A stretch of 52,485 bases of DNA, filler included, from Mitosporidium daphniae (lineage: Eukaryota): the NCBI RefSeq assembly GCF_000760515.2. It is 2 parts of 2 records of this genome, joined end to end, with 100 filler letters (N's around TTAATTAATTAA, not from the genome) between each part and the next. Parts side by side here need not be neighbours in the genome. Positions count along the whole stretch, not along the records: positions 26,350 to 52,485 come from NW_013546151.1; 1 more part is not named here. The stretch is one strand, 5' to 3'. The notes beneath the pieces were generated by a model. That model saw nothing but the letters and a program-made list of their open reading frames with translations. It did no database searches and was not told the origin of the DNA. This document shows positions 34,752-45,632 of the stretch, one piece after another; position 1 is the first letter of the stretch, and each line of letters starts with the position of its first letter. The position numbers were made by a program, and so were the translations under genes.

Positions 34752-37499
34752 ATGAGCAGAAGAATTTCATCATCAAAATTTTTCTCCAGAGAAATCGACT
34801 CGGATACTTCGTCCTCCTGCTCATCCTCATCCTCTTCGTCAGGAGAGGATGAAATGGAGATGATGAGCGATTTCAGCCATTCGGAAACCATTACCAACCT
34901 CTGCGCCAAAGTTGAATCGCTTCTTAAGGTTGTTCCGATTGCCAATATCCGCTGGCCAATAGTTAAAAAAGGGGTTGAAGATATGCAGAAGGCTGTCAAT
35001 TCTGCGTCTTCTAGCAAGCCTCTTGAAAAGAGCCTGATTGACCGGGTGGCAAGCCTTTTCATCTCGCTTGAAGACGCCCTGCAAGCCTCAAAGGCCATCG
35101 GGGGCGGTACAGGCTCTGTGGGAGTAGCCGCAAAGCAGGCCTCGCTGCTCTTATCTAGACTGCCGCTACTTAAGCCCTCAGTAATTTCATCCTCGCTTTT
35201 GGCTTCTATTCGCTCTTCTTCCAACTCCACACCCAATCCCACTTCTGATGATCGAAATATGGGTGAGTTTTCCGAGGGCGATGGCAATGATTCTGAATAT
35301 TCATCCGATTCGTCCTATTCTTCATACTCCTCCTCCTCTGAAGATGAGCAATCGTTTTCCGGCTCCTTTTCCCGAAACACAGCCAGTGCTGCGGACAAGT
35401 GGAAGAAAAAAGACTTGACGCCTTCAGCCAGTGCTTCACAAACATTGGCTTCTTCCATTAAAAAGCAACCTCAGCGCCCACAGAATATACCAAAACCCGA
35501 TGGGACACACGCACAAGCGGAAACAGAGCATCACCAAATGTCGTGCGAAGAGCTGACACCGAGAGAAGCGCTGACGCCTAGCGAAGGTCTACAGAGGTAC
35601 ACACAGATTTTAGCGACTCGGGGACGCAAATCTGCAGACAAGGCAATTCAAATCAAAGAGCTGGAGGCCATCTCTTCCATCGTCGATCTCTCTGTGATTG
35701 ATAAAATTCAAATCAAACTGACTCTCCTTTCCTTTTATTTTGAACGCACCGCATCTGTCTCCGCCGCCGCGTGGATGAACATGCTCGTTGCTGCGCTTTC
35801 TGAGCTGATTGAGCTTGGTCTTGGGTCAAAAGCCTCTCTTTCCTCAACCTCAGAGCTGAAGGATATTTCTCTTTCCGCTTCTAGCTCGTCGCTTTTTGCG
35901 TCATTGCTTGCCTCTGTGCAGCGCCTGGACGATGAATATAACAACTTACTGCTTACTTTCCCAGCCCCCAGTTCACAAGGCTCATCGGCGATGGCGGCAG
36001 CCACCATGGAGAGCTCAAACCATCCCCTTGAATATGCAGAACTGCTCCGTCTAGAAAGACCGCTTTATTTGCTTCTTGCAAAAATGCAATCTCTGTGTGC
36101 GTACTTTTTTGATACCAAAGAGGAAGCCCGCGAGGCAATCCATGACTTGACGCTTCGTCGTTTGGGCCACCTCTATCTCAAGTCGGATCGGGGAATCAAA
36201 AGAATGGACACCCTTGAAAGCGGTGACATTACTTTAAGTGCTGCTTCTGAGTCCATGGCTTACAGGCTGCTGGAGATGTCTGGAGAGCCTGCTGTTGGCA
36301 TATGCTCGACATCTGGAATGTCTCCCGTGCCCGCACCTCTTCGTTTGGCCGCTTTTCTTTTACTGTTGCAAGAGGATGTTGCCGAAGTCAAAAGAGCCCG
36401 TACGCTTTTATATCTTGTCTCTTGGATTGTCGGCGACGGATGTCCAATATCCGTTTGCTCGCCTTTTCTTCTGGCAAAAGGTTTGCTAGTCGGGTCGTCT
36501 TTAAGCGAATCCATTATTTGGGCCGATTTGCATACCCAAGTTCTTTATAATAGGACGCTTGCCCTGTTGGGACTGGCTGCCTTCAAAGAGGGCCGCCTCA
36601 AGGCCAGTATGGGCCTTCTGGGCGAGCTTATTGCGTCTGGTCGCTGTCGCGAGCTCATGGGGCAAGCGCAAGGCGGATTTTCGGCATTCGAGGATCCAAT
36701 TACTGCCAGCTCCAGAGCCACTACTATGATGCCATGGCATACTTGGATCCCCACCGAACCTCTTGAAATGGTATACCTTCTATCTTCGGTTTTGGTTGAG
36801 ATCCCGAATGCCATCCTTAGGGGATGTGTTGGCGGATTCCAACAACAAACTTCATTTCCAAAGCCGCTCCGACGTCTTCTTTCTGAACGGACCATGGCCA
36901 TCCAAGGAGCACCAGATCCGGGCTCCGGAGCCTCCTCCCGCGACCTGATTGCTGGAATCGCTCGACTTATCCTGGCAGGGGATTGGAAACATGCAAATGC
37001 CCTTATTGCCCACCTGCGCCTTCCTGTGGTTTCGGTCGGAATTCTTTCAAATATCAAAAGAGCATCTCTTATCGCTTTTTTTGGTAAAAACGCATCCTCG
37101 TGGACGTCTTTGGATGTTTCGTCGTTTTCCGAATTTTTCGAGATGGAGGTGGATGAGGTTTTGGGCTTGATCAAAGGATGGATATTTGAATCCACTTCAA
37201 ATGGCGTGTCATCTATTGTGGAGACACCTTATTTGGATGCCGATCAGAAATGGGTTTATGCACATAAGCAGTTCGCAACAGCCGACAAAAGTACTGATTC
37301 TGCGAAAACAGATAAATTTGCCATGTGGACTTCAGGGCTGCAGTTGGCCTCCACTGTGTCTATACTCTCAGAAAAGCTATCTTCTCTCCTACAGGAGAAC
37401 GAAAAATTCTTCCACAAACGGGGATCCTCCTCTGCAGACAGTAATAGTTCCTTTTCTCAGAAGCACTCGGCAACTTTGAAATCAAAGCCTGCATTTTAA
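34752..37499 (+). CDS. NIP1: Translation initiation factor eIF3 subunit c
   Basis: S/D/E-rich N-terminus with 'SKFF', then 'ILATRGRK', 'TQVLYNRTLALLGLAAF' and 'PWHTWIPTEPLEMVYLLSSVLVEIP'. Confidence 0.88.
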   Translation: MSRRISSSKFFSREIDSDTSSSCSSSSSSSGEDEMEMMSDFSHSETITNLCAKVESLLKVVPIANIRWPIVKKGVEDMQKAVNSASSSKPLEKSLIDRVASLFISLEDALQASKAIGGGTGSVGVAAKQASLLLSRLPLLKPSVISSSLLASIRSSSNSTPNPTSDDRNMGEFSEGDGNDSEYSSDSSYSSYSSSSEDEQSFSGSFSRNTASAADKWKKKDLTPSASASQTLASSIKKQPQRPQNIPKPDGTHAQAETEHHQMSCEELTPREALTPSEGLQRYTQILATRGRKSADKAIQIKELEAISSIVDLSVIDKIQIKLTLLSFYFERTASVSAAAWMNMLVAALSELIELGLGSKASLSSTSELKDISLSASSSSLFASLLASVQRLDDEYNNLLLTFPAPSSQGSSAMAAATMESSNHPLEYAELLRLERPLYLLLAKMQSLCAYFFDTKEEAREAIHDLTLRRLGHLYLKSDRGIKRMDTLESGDITLSAASESMAYRLLEMSGEPAVGICSTSGMSPVPAPLRLAAFLLLLQEDVAEVKRARTLLYLVSWIVGDGCPISVCSPFLLAKGLLVGSSLSESIIWADLHTQVLYNRTLALLGLAAFKEGRLKASMGLLGELIASGRCRELMGQAQGGFSAFEDPITASSRATTMMPWHTWIPTEPLEMVYLLSSVLVEIPNAILRGCVGGFQQQTSFPKPLRRLLSERTMAIQGAPDPGSGASSRDLIAGIARLILAGDWKHANALIAHLRLPVVSVGILSNIKRASLIAFFGKNASSWTSLDVSSFSEFFEMEVDEVLGLIKGWIFESTSNGVSSIVETPYLDADQKWVYAHKQFATADKSTDSAKTDKFAMWTSGLQLASTVSILSEKLSSLLQENEKFFHKRGSSSADSNSSFSQKHSATLKSKPAF

Positions 37500-37576
37500 T
37501 TAAATTTTAACTTGGTGTATTGAAATAAAATTTAAATGATGTAATCATCAAATGAACACCACAATGACGACGATGG

Positions 37577-37630
37577 AGCTGATCACGATGATGAAGCTGA
37601 TCACGATGATGAAGCTGATCACGACGATGA
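37577..37630. repeat. 18-nt tandem repeat x3 in the eIF3c-PPX1 spacer
   Basis: agctgatcacgatgatga twice plus agctgatcacgacgatga. Confidence 0.85.
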
Positions 37631-37773
37631 CGATGATGGCAAATGGGCCAGGATTCACCGCCGCTATTGCCAGGGCATTTCAAGTTTAAAGCTAAAATGC
37701 AAGTTTGGGTTGAAACCGGTGTAGCTCGGTAAAATTGCGTTCGTAGCGCCATTTATTTTACCATTCGAAAAAC

Positions 37774-39237
37774 ATGCCCACTCCACATTTTATCGTTGGC
37801 AACGAAAGCTCCGACTTGGATTCCATTGTATCCTCCATTGTGGTGGCCAAGTATGGTAACGAGCTTTTCGGTCGTGTCGGCGATGTCGACACCAAACATA
37901 TTGCGGTGCTGGTCACACCTGGAGACATGTTCTTTTTTAAAAAGTATTGTTCCTATGTTGTTGAAAATATAATGGATGTCGATTTAACGGATACTTCTGA
38001 AATCCTTTTCATCGATGATTTCATGGCGACCGCAAAATGCTGCGATTCCATTTGTGTTTCCCTCGTGGATGGACCGCAAATTCCATTGTTTCTCCGGCTC
38101 TTTAATTACAACTTCCAAGTGTTCAACATTATCGATCACCATTGCTTTGATGCGAGTGCACGCTATTTGGGTGAGTGTGTTTTTATCGATCCCTGTGCGT
38201 CAAACTGTACCAATGTGTTTCGAGTCATGTGGGAAAAGATTTTCCATAAAAACGCATCGACTAGCACATTGGAGTCTATCTTTTTTGAGCATCCTTCACA
38301 TGCAAAGCATCGATTTTGGGAAAATCCACATTGGTTTGCGGAGCTTCTGGAGGCCAAAAAGGAGCCTGTTGATAGGGTTCTGCTGGCACTTTTGTGCGTG
38401 ATTGTTGTGGACTCCATTGGAATGGACATGGATGGCTCCGATAAGGTTACTATCCACGATGTAAAGGCTTGTCTCTCCATTCTCCAATATCTTCGGATTG
38501 GAAAATTTATTTCTTTGTGTCCAGAAGAATTTGAGCAGCCATTACTATTTGCGTTTGTAAGGGAGAATCATCTGCAGCTCTTCGGCTCCATATTTGCTCA
38601 TCTCAAGGAATACTCGTCTTTTTCGGCGACTGCGTTGCTTGTATCGCCCCAAATTGTGCTGCAGCTTGACTACAAAGATTATTTATACGAGTTTCGGGAT
38701 GCAAAAGAGCGTTTTTTTGCGTACGGCATTTCCAGTATTTCTTGTTCCTTGTACGAGTTCGTTTCTGATTGTAGCGTTGAAAAAGAAACCGCCTCGTTTG
38801 CGGACTTTTCCTCAAAGCTAGTCGCGCACTTTGCGTTGAAAGCAAAATTAATTCCAAATTACTCGTTTCTCTTTGTCATGACCTGTCAGTCGAGAGAGAT
38901 CATGACCAATGACAGCTTGATTGCAGATGACGCCAAGGACAGCTTGATTGCAGATGACGCCAAGAGCAGCTTTATTGGCGCAAGACAATTGTCTTTTTGC
39001 TCGCCTGCCGATTATTTTGGAACCTTGGACATTAACGATGCTGCAGAATGTGTTTTGGAAAATTTTGAACAATTATTTCCTGGGCTGATTTCGAATTTGG
39101 AGTTGAAATTTGTATCTGCTCTTGTGGCAAATTCGTTTGTCACGGTGTCGTTTATTCAAGGTAAATACAAAATGTCCAGGAAAGCCATACAGCCCGTGAT
39201 CCACGAATCGATTGGCCATAGAAGTAAACCACATTAG
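37774..39237 (+). CDS. PPX1: DHH-family exopolyphosphatase (PPX1/Prune-like)
   Basis: GNESSDLDSIVS, IIDHH, ASNCT, LDYKDY, C-terminal SRKAIQP. Contains a 27-nt exact duplication at 38911-38964. Confidence 0.8.
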   Translation: MPTPHFIVGNESSDLDSIVSSIVVAKYGNELFGRVGDVDTKHIAVLVTPGDMFFFKKYCSYVVENIMDVDLTDTSEILFIDDFMATAKCCDSICVSLVDGPQIPLFLRLFNYNFQVFNIIDHHCFDASARYLGECVFIDPCASNCTNVFRVMWEKIFHKNASTSTLESIFFEHPSHAKHRFWENPHWFAELLEAKKEPVDRVLLALLCVIVVDSIGMDMDGSDKVTIHDVKACLSILQYLRIGKFISLCPEEFEQPLLFAFVRENHLQLFGSIFAHLKEYSSFSATALLVSPQIVLQLDYKDYLYEFRDAKERFFAYGISSISCSLYEFVSDCSVEKETASFADFSSKLVAHFALKAKLIPNYSFLFVMTCQSREIMTNDSLIADDAKDSLIADDAKSSFIGARQLSFCSPADYFGTLDINDAAECVLENFEQLFPGLISNLELKFVSALVANSFVTVSFIQGKYKMSRKAIQPVIHESIGHRSKPH

Positions 39238-39399
39238 CGAAATTTACTTGGCCTTCGCCTTCCCCTTTCGCAAACTCTATTTAAATTAAAAGAAGCTTTA
39301 GCTAATTAGATGTTAGGATCCTTAATTGATCATAAGAGACCAATTGAAATACGCGTATTTTGCCTTTGATTCGTATCTTCCTGGTTTTTTAACTCATAT

Positions 39400-40101
39400 A
39401 TGAGGGGACTGATTCTTCAGCTTTCGGCACTTTCTCAGGAAGTTTCACAGGCAGAGCATGAAGATACAATGGCACACCAGCAAGATTTTGGTACCCAACT
39501 TCCAGAGAAAAAGACTAGACCACTTCAAAATGAAAACACCGTTGCAAACATCGATCCAATGGAGCACCTTTCAAAAAAGGAACTAGTCATGTTACTTGAC
39601 AAATCGGGTGAATTTTTCAATCATCAAGACGAGGATTCGTTAAAGTCGATTCAGTCAATGTTTGCACTTCATCATGTCGAAAACGATGGCGAAATAAATC
39701 ACTCCACTCCAACGTCCATATGCAACAAGGCCGAAAAAAATCGATTGGCCCAAAAGGCATATCGAAAACGAAAAGCAGAATACATAAAGATCCTCGAAGC
39801 AAGATCCTCTCTTTTATCGATTCTAGAGAGCGAGCTGAAAGAAATACAAGACCAGTTGTCTCGCGTAAACAGCAATTTATTCGAATGCTATAAGGAAAGA
39901 GACTTGCTACTGGAGGAGTTAAATGCATTGAAAAGGGAAAAAAAATGTAAAGCTTGCTATTGCAAGGGGCATAAGTACTGTTTTAAGGACAAGTGCCCTG
40001 GGAAAAAAAATTCCGATACCTCGAACGGAAGTTCTGGAGATTCGAGTGACAGATCATTTGAATATTCTCCTTATTTGGATGGTGATTTTTGTGCACCTTA
40101 G
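39400..40101 (+). CDS. bZIP transcription factor (Yap/AP-1-like basic region) with a Cys-rich motif after the zipper
   Basis: KAEKNRLAQKAYRKRKAEYIKILE followed by Leu heptads, then CKACYCKGHKYCFKDKC. Confidence 0.8.
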   Translation: MRGLILQLSALSQEVSQAEHEDTMAHQQDFGTQLPEKKTRPLQNENTVANIDPMEHLSKKELVMLLDKSGEFFNHQDEDSLKSIQSMFALHHVENDGEINHSTPTSICNKAEKNRLAQKAYRKRKAEYIKILEARSSLLSILESELKEIQDQLSRVNSNLFECYKERDLLLEELNALKREKKCKACYCKGHKYCFKDKCPGKKNSDTSNGSSGDSSDRSFEYSPYLDGDFCAP

Positions 40102-40260
40102 TTTTTATGTAGAATTTTAATGGCACGCCAATAAATGTTTGGACAGGTGTTTTGCATGGAATTGGCACTTGGATGCATCGATCATGTACATGATGTTGCA
40201 ACAGATTTCGAAATGGCCACTTTTGTAAATTCCATAGTGGCCCTTGTAAAATTTTATTTA

Positions 40261-41297
40261 ATGAAGTCAATGGCTAGGGCCAAGTTTGAGCAGACAATTG
40301 ACGAAAACGTAACCAATGGCCATTCAAAGGGCTCTAAACTATTAGTATGACCATCCTGAGCTTGTTAAACGACACATTATCCAGACTTTGAGGAAATTTG
40401 CCTCGTTGGCTCCGTACTTGGATGGTTTCCAAACAAATGGCATTATCCCACACTTATTTACTATTGTTGCTTTTAGATCCGCATGCTCGTTTAATTGTGG
40501 GCACCCTGACGGTGGAGAACAACGAGAACACATATAGCATTCCGGCCTCCATTTCGCTTTCCTCGACATATCCATTTGGGGGCGATGATGCGGTTCCTGT
40601 GGTCCTTAAAGTGATTCCCACCCCTTTGATGAGCATAAACCTGGATTGCCCCTATATTTTCGAAAATGGAGTGTTCAAATACAGCCACCCATTCCTTTGT
40701 GAAGGAGAAGATGGCAATCTGATTATCCAAGTTATTTCAGAGGCTATAGCTAAATTTGCTGCTATCCCGCCAGTGTTTGCTATTGATGATAGCGGCCAAC
40801 GTGAGCAAGTCGCTTTTGGAAAAGAAACAGACCTCTCGCCTGTGAGTATTGAACATGGTCTCTGTGTGGCTGAAGCAGACGAAAAAGAGGAAAATCCTAT
40901 GCCGGAGAAAGAGGAAAATCCTATGCCGGAGAAAGAGGAAAATCCTATTCCGGAGAAAGAGGAAAATCTTTCCTTTGAAGAAATTTCTGGCTCCTCTTTT
41001 AATTCAGAACATAGAATCAAAGGTAATTTTTATGCCCAGCTTATGGCTGAGCCTCCAGACCTCGCTGCCAAAGACATGGACTATAGGAACATTCCAAATT
41101 CTTCAATTGATGAAGCCATTAGACTCCTTTCAGATAGAATATTTTCCAGAGAAGGTTGCATTGATGACCTCGTTAACGCAAGTTTATCTTTTTTGACTCG
41201 ATCTAGGAGTTACTTGTTTGGACCAAAGCAAAGTTCTACACCACCCTTCGTTCCACTTGAGATTGGAATTTCTTTACACTCCAGCAATAAAATTTAA
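40261..41297 (+). CDS. VPS23: ESCRT-I Vps23/TSG101-like (UEV domain plus divergent C-terminal core), 3 exons
   Basis: GTLTV..NTYSIPASISLSSTYP, NGVFKYSHPFL, FAAIPPVFA. Introns 40309-40345 and 40440 (or 40425)-40476. Confidence 0.7.
40881..40967 (+). repeat. 24-nt coding tandem repeat x3.6 (EKEENPMP)
   Basis: ga(a/g)aaagaggaaaatcctat(g/t)ccg repeated. Confidence 0.9.
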
Positions 41298-41325
41298 CGC
41301 TGTTTAATGAAAATAAATTATCTGG

Positions 41326-43350
41326 CTATTTAAAGTAAGCCCCAAAAAGGGACACCAACTTTTGCAGTATTTCAGAGCGGATGAAATCCGCATCGACCGG
41401 CCCTTTGACCGATATTCCTATGGGGTGTGTGATGAGGCTACCCCCATGGAGCGTTTCCGAATCGTAAATGTCAATGGAAGAGGGGACAAAAAGTGTTAGG
41501 GGATAACAGGAAAACTCCGTCTAGGGAACAGTAAATTTAAACGAGGATACCTTTATCAAGTTGGAAACAATGGAGAGCGGATTAAACCCCGGGAGCATTA
41601 AGGATGATAGAATATCCTCTTGGGTTTGTTTAATCCCCTCGATGTCACAAACAATTGACTCCCTAATGTCAGATAAGAATTTCCCCGATTCGAAGGAAAT
41701 AGAAAAATCAAAAAAATCGTTGACCTTGAACATTTCCAAAAGCAGTGACTCGGAAGGGAGGGGCCTTTTTGGGGGGGATGTAAATAGCAGGGATGCAACT
41801 GAGAGAGATTTTAAGGCCAATTGAGAAATAATTGAAAAGTCGGAGATGGAAACGCCAATTTTTTCCAAAATAGGCGCATTCTCCTGCTGACCTAGAAAGT
41901 GGATTGAATTGATGAAGGCTGAAGTTGGTGAGGTAGGAAATGTCCCCATACTCTGAGATGTTGTTTTATTTTTGCTTGATGGATCAAAAATACTGATTTG
42001 GTGAGTCTCCTTTGCCGATTGGGCACTGTCATCCTCATTTCGAGCTGGCACCATATTAGATTCGATGACAATTTTTTCGACAGCTTCGAATGGAAAAAAA
42101 TCGCTCAGCCTTTTATTGGAAATCCAAAGTAGCAAAAGCTTTATCCCATCAAGAATAGGCTTTGGATGCATTGCATAAATAGAGTTTTTCACAAACGAAT
42201 CATGAGCTAGTGCTTCCGTGAAAATTAGAAAACTAAACTCGTTGCACTTTGACATCCAATTTGCATTTGTTTTGAAGGGGAAATGATCGCTCAATTCTCT
42301 CCACAGAGAAAGATGAATTACATCCTTCTGCAATGTTTCCTCTTTTGGAAGCAGACGGATAGATTTGTTTTCTAAAGAAAGCCATGTTGCCGGTTGGTGA
42401 AAGGCGAAACCAAGGTCTAGGTAGCACCGGAAGACAAATCCGCTGCAAAATACATCCATAAAAGAGGGTCCGGCACCGTTTGTTGAAATTGACGGAACCA
42501 AATCTGGCGTTGTGCGTTGGATCCCAGCACCAAGATTGCCCAAAAACGCGGTAGCCATGGCATGGAACGCCTTTGGCTCCGTTGGCCACCTGTTCGATGT
42601 TTCTAGTATTAAAAGCACGGTGTGCACAGGAATGAAAGCCTGCTTGACATTTATATTTTCTTTACACAAAGACAAATACGCACTAGGGCTTGGGAGGTGT
42701 GGAAAATCGGTGTAAATCGAGCCCCTCATGGACGAGGAGATTGGAAGAATCGACTGGATAGCAAGCGAGCTTTCCAGGCCCATAATAGATGTTTTTAGCT
42801 TTGAAAATGAGCCGTTCAAAAGCGAGGATCCATCCGCTTTATCTAATGGCTGCGAAAGGACATCACTTAAAGGCAGCAATTCCAGTCCACAAATCTGTAT
42901 TTTTCCCGGATCCAGCTTTAAATGCACCTCCATCATATGTTGAACCATGGCCTTCAAAATTTTGCTTCTATCGGTTTTGATTTCAGGTGCATCCCATACA
43001 ACACATTCGATGATGTTGGTATTTTGGAACTTCCTCAGTTGGCTTTTAGAAGGCCCCCAAAATTTCCTAAAAGACTCTGCTGCATTTGGATTGTCTGAAG
43101 GACTGGGCCCCTTATCAACAAGCCTAAATATCTGGTCCGGCTCGAAGAAAAGACCAAAAGCAAGTTTTTTGGAGACCTTGGCATTTTCCAATTCACAAAT
43201 GCCTCTTACCCGGCTGGATAGCCCATATTGAAGCACATTTAAAATGTATTGCGAAAGCGATGTTTCAGTGTCCAAAACGGAGTTCGCGTATGAAATGCTG
43301 TCCTTTGAGATGTCAAAAACTACCACTGCATCGTAAGCCAGGTTTTTCAT
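41326..43350 (-). CDS. UTP22: Utp22/NOL6 (Nrap) homologue, C-terminal half only (~665 aa), 2 exons
   Basis: LVDKGP...AESFRKFWGPSKSQLRKFQNTNIIECVVW, LETSNRWP, FMDVFCSGFVFR and LLWISNKRLS match Nrap motifs. Confidence 0.75.
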
Positions 43351-43402
43351 TAAAAAAAAGGGAGCGCGTCAATTTTATTTTGGACCAATTTACATTTCAA
43401 CC

Positions 43403-44000
43403 TTAAACCCTAATTTGGGAATTGCCAATAACCTTGTCGATGATTTCTAGCAAGCAAGAAGGTTGGAGATGCTTTTACCTTCATAGGAGACGGCCATATC
43501 TACATTTGAATATCCCAAAAGTCTATAAAGGGAATCCACATCTTCAGACGCCATCTTCTCACCGACCGTGGTGAGGATATGCTTAAGATCAGAAAGCTTA
43601 ACCAGCCCGCTCCCTACGGCAATTGGTTCGGCGAGCAATTACCTTCTTTATCCAAAATCTTAAAGCAATTGATAAGATCGGAGCGGTCGGTGACTACATT
43701 GACGGAGGCGCGGTCCATGCCTGAGACGAAGGAAAGGAAACTCTCCTCATCAACCCATCCAGACCCTAATCTGGGAAGGGAACAGGTACATACCTAACGG
43801 ATCGATCATTTTTTCAGTCTCCTTGATTTGGGCTTCAGAAGGAAAATTTCCCATTGCTCGTAAACAATCGCCCACTTTTGCCGTTGGGATTTTAAGGCCT
43901 TCGCCGCCGCCTTGGATGCTGAATATGGAAAACACCTCTTTAGCATCTATACATGAGAGGAGAAGAACACCATAAAGGTACCATAATAGTTCGGCGCCAT
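43403..44000 (-). CDS. MLC1: Myosin light chain (Mlc1/Cdc4-like EF-hand protein), 5 exons
   Basis: Spliced: AKEVFSIF...VGDCLRAMGNFPSEAQI...FKILDKEGSGLVKLSDLKHILTTVGEKMASEDVD. Confidence 0.8.
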
Positions 44001-44095
44001 TGATTAAAGAAATTTAAATTTCAATGTGTTAATTTTTAAAAACCGGCCAATTACAGGTGGTTGCATTGGGAGTACACTTGGTTTATTCTTCCCCT

Positions 44096-45600
44096 ATGAG
44101 CGAGACTTTGGATCGCACCGAAATGATGGCACCACCAGTTAAATTTCCAAAAAAAAAGGTCGCATTGGTTCTAGCCTATTTAGGCACAAACTATCAGGGA
44201 ATGCAAATGTATGTTGGGTGGCCTTTTATTTTAGAAATCCAAATGCCAAAACTATAGAGTCCGCCCTATTCAAGAGCTTGGTTGATTCGGAACTGGTTTC
44301 TGAGCTCAACTCCACGGACCAAAAGAAGGTTTGCTTGGGTTTCTTTCCGCTAGATTGGATTGATGAGAGCCTGTCGCACAGACAAGGGTGTCCATGCAGC
44401 CATGCAAGTGGTGTCTTTGAAGGTTATTTTTAAAGACCCCATTGCGAGCATCATGAGCTCAATCAATTCACATTTGCCCAAGGATATTAGGGTCTGTGGT
44501 ATCCATCCGGTGAGCCAGACTTTCGACTCAAAGTTGCATTGTGATTCGAGATTTTACGAATATTTGCTGCCGACGTTTATGTTTAAATGCGACTCTTCCT
44601 TTGATTTGTCCTTTTTGGAGAACATGGCCGCAAAAAGGGACACTTTAGATGGCAAAAACGAGGCTGCAAGCGACGGTTCTGAATGTGAAGACAATGTTGC
44701 TGGAAATGAAGATCAAGCCTCGATGCAAAAACACAAGCTCGCCGCCGATTTCTATTCCAATAATTTTAAGCCTACTTTGGCCGACATTGAGCAGCTTTCG
44801 GCGTTTCGCCTATCTTCAAAGGAGAAAGACCGACTTGACGCCTTGCTAAAATGCTTTGAGGGCTCCCACTTTTTCCACAACTACACGATCAAAAAGTCGG
44901 CCGTAGATCCCAGTGCATGCAGGAAAATTATCTCCTTTTCGGTGGGTACTTTTTTGCTAACTTTCAGAGCTCGGATCCATTCGTTCTAAATAACAACTGC
45001 ACCGATCGTGCCGACTTGACTTTGGCGTCCTCGGAGTGGATCAAATTGACCATCCACGGACAGTCTTTCATGCTGAACCAAATTAGAAAGCTCATTGGTA
45101 TCCTTTGCCTCTTATCCCTAGGAATGGTGATCATGATTATGCGTCTCGATGTCCAGGATTATTCGATGGTCATTTCCAGGAGTCTTTCGAAATCCGAAAA
45201 AATGAATGTCCCAAAAGCCCCTGGCGTGGGTCTCTTGTTAGCTCAAGTATGAGTGTGCTTTTTACTTTAGGCGTGTTTTTCGCAATACAACAAACGTATT
45301 TCAGAGATAAATCCGCTATCCTATGATACCTATGCGCTCGAGATTGATTCCTTCAAGGAAAAGGAAATTTATCCTGCCATTGCCAGTGAAGAGTTTTCCA
45401 AAAACATATTCATGAATTGGTGGTGTGCTATCTCCCTGCATGCATATGATTTCCAGTATGTCCTACAACAGTGGACACCACCTGATTCTGAAGTATCGAA
45501 AAAAAAAATTAAAAAGGGCAAATACAGTGCCGATCAAGCATCTCAGAGCGAGCCCCCCAAGGTCGAGCAAAAGAATCCGGATCCCAGCATATCTCAATAA
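44096..45600 (+). CDS. PUS1: tRNA pseudouridine synthase 1 (TruA family), 6 exons
   Basis: KKKVAL..YLGTNYQGMQ, RACRTDKGVHA, GSHFFHNYT, GQSFMLNQIRKLIG, PKAPGVGL. Confidence 0.92.
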
Positions 45601-45632
45601 TGAATAGAAATTATTTATTTAATAAAATTCAC

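Noticed and set aside
36545..37195. Long antisense or alternate-frame ORFs (also 28102-28782 and 34712-35287)
   Set aside because: They are shadows of real genes with biased composition and show no independent motifs.
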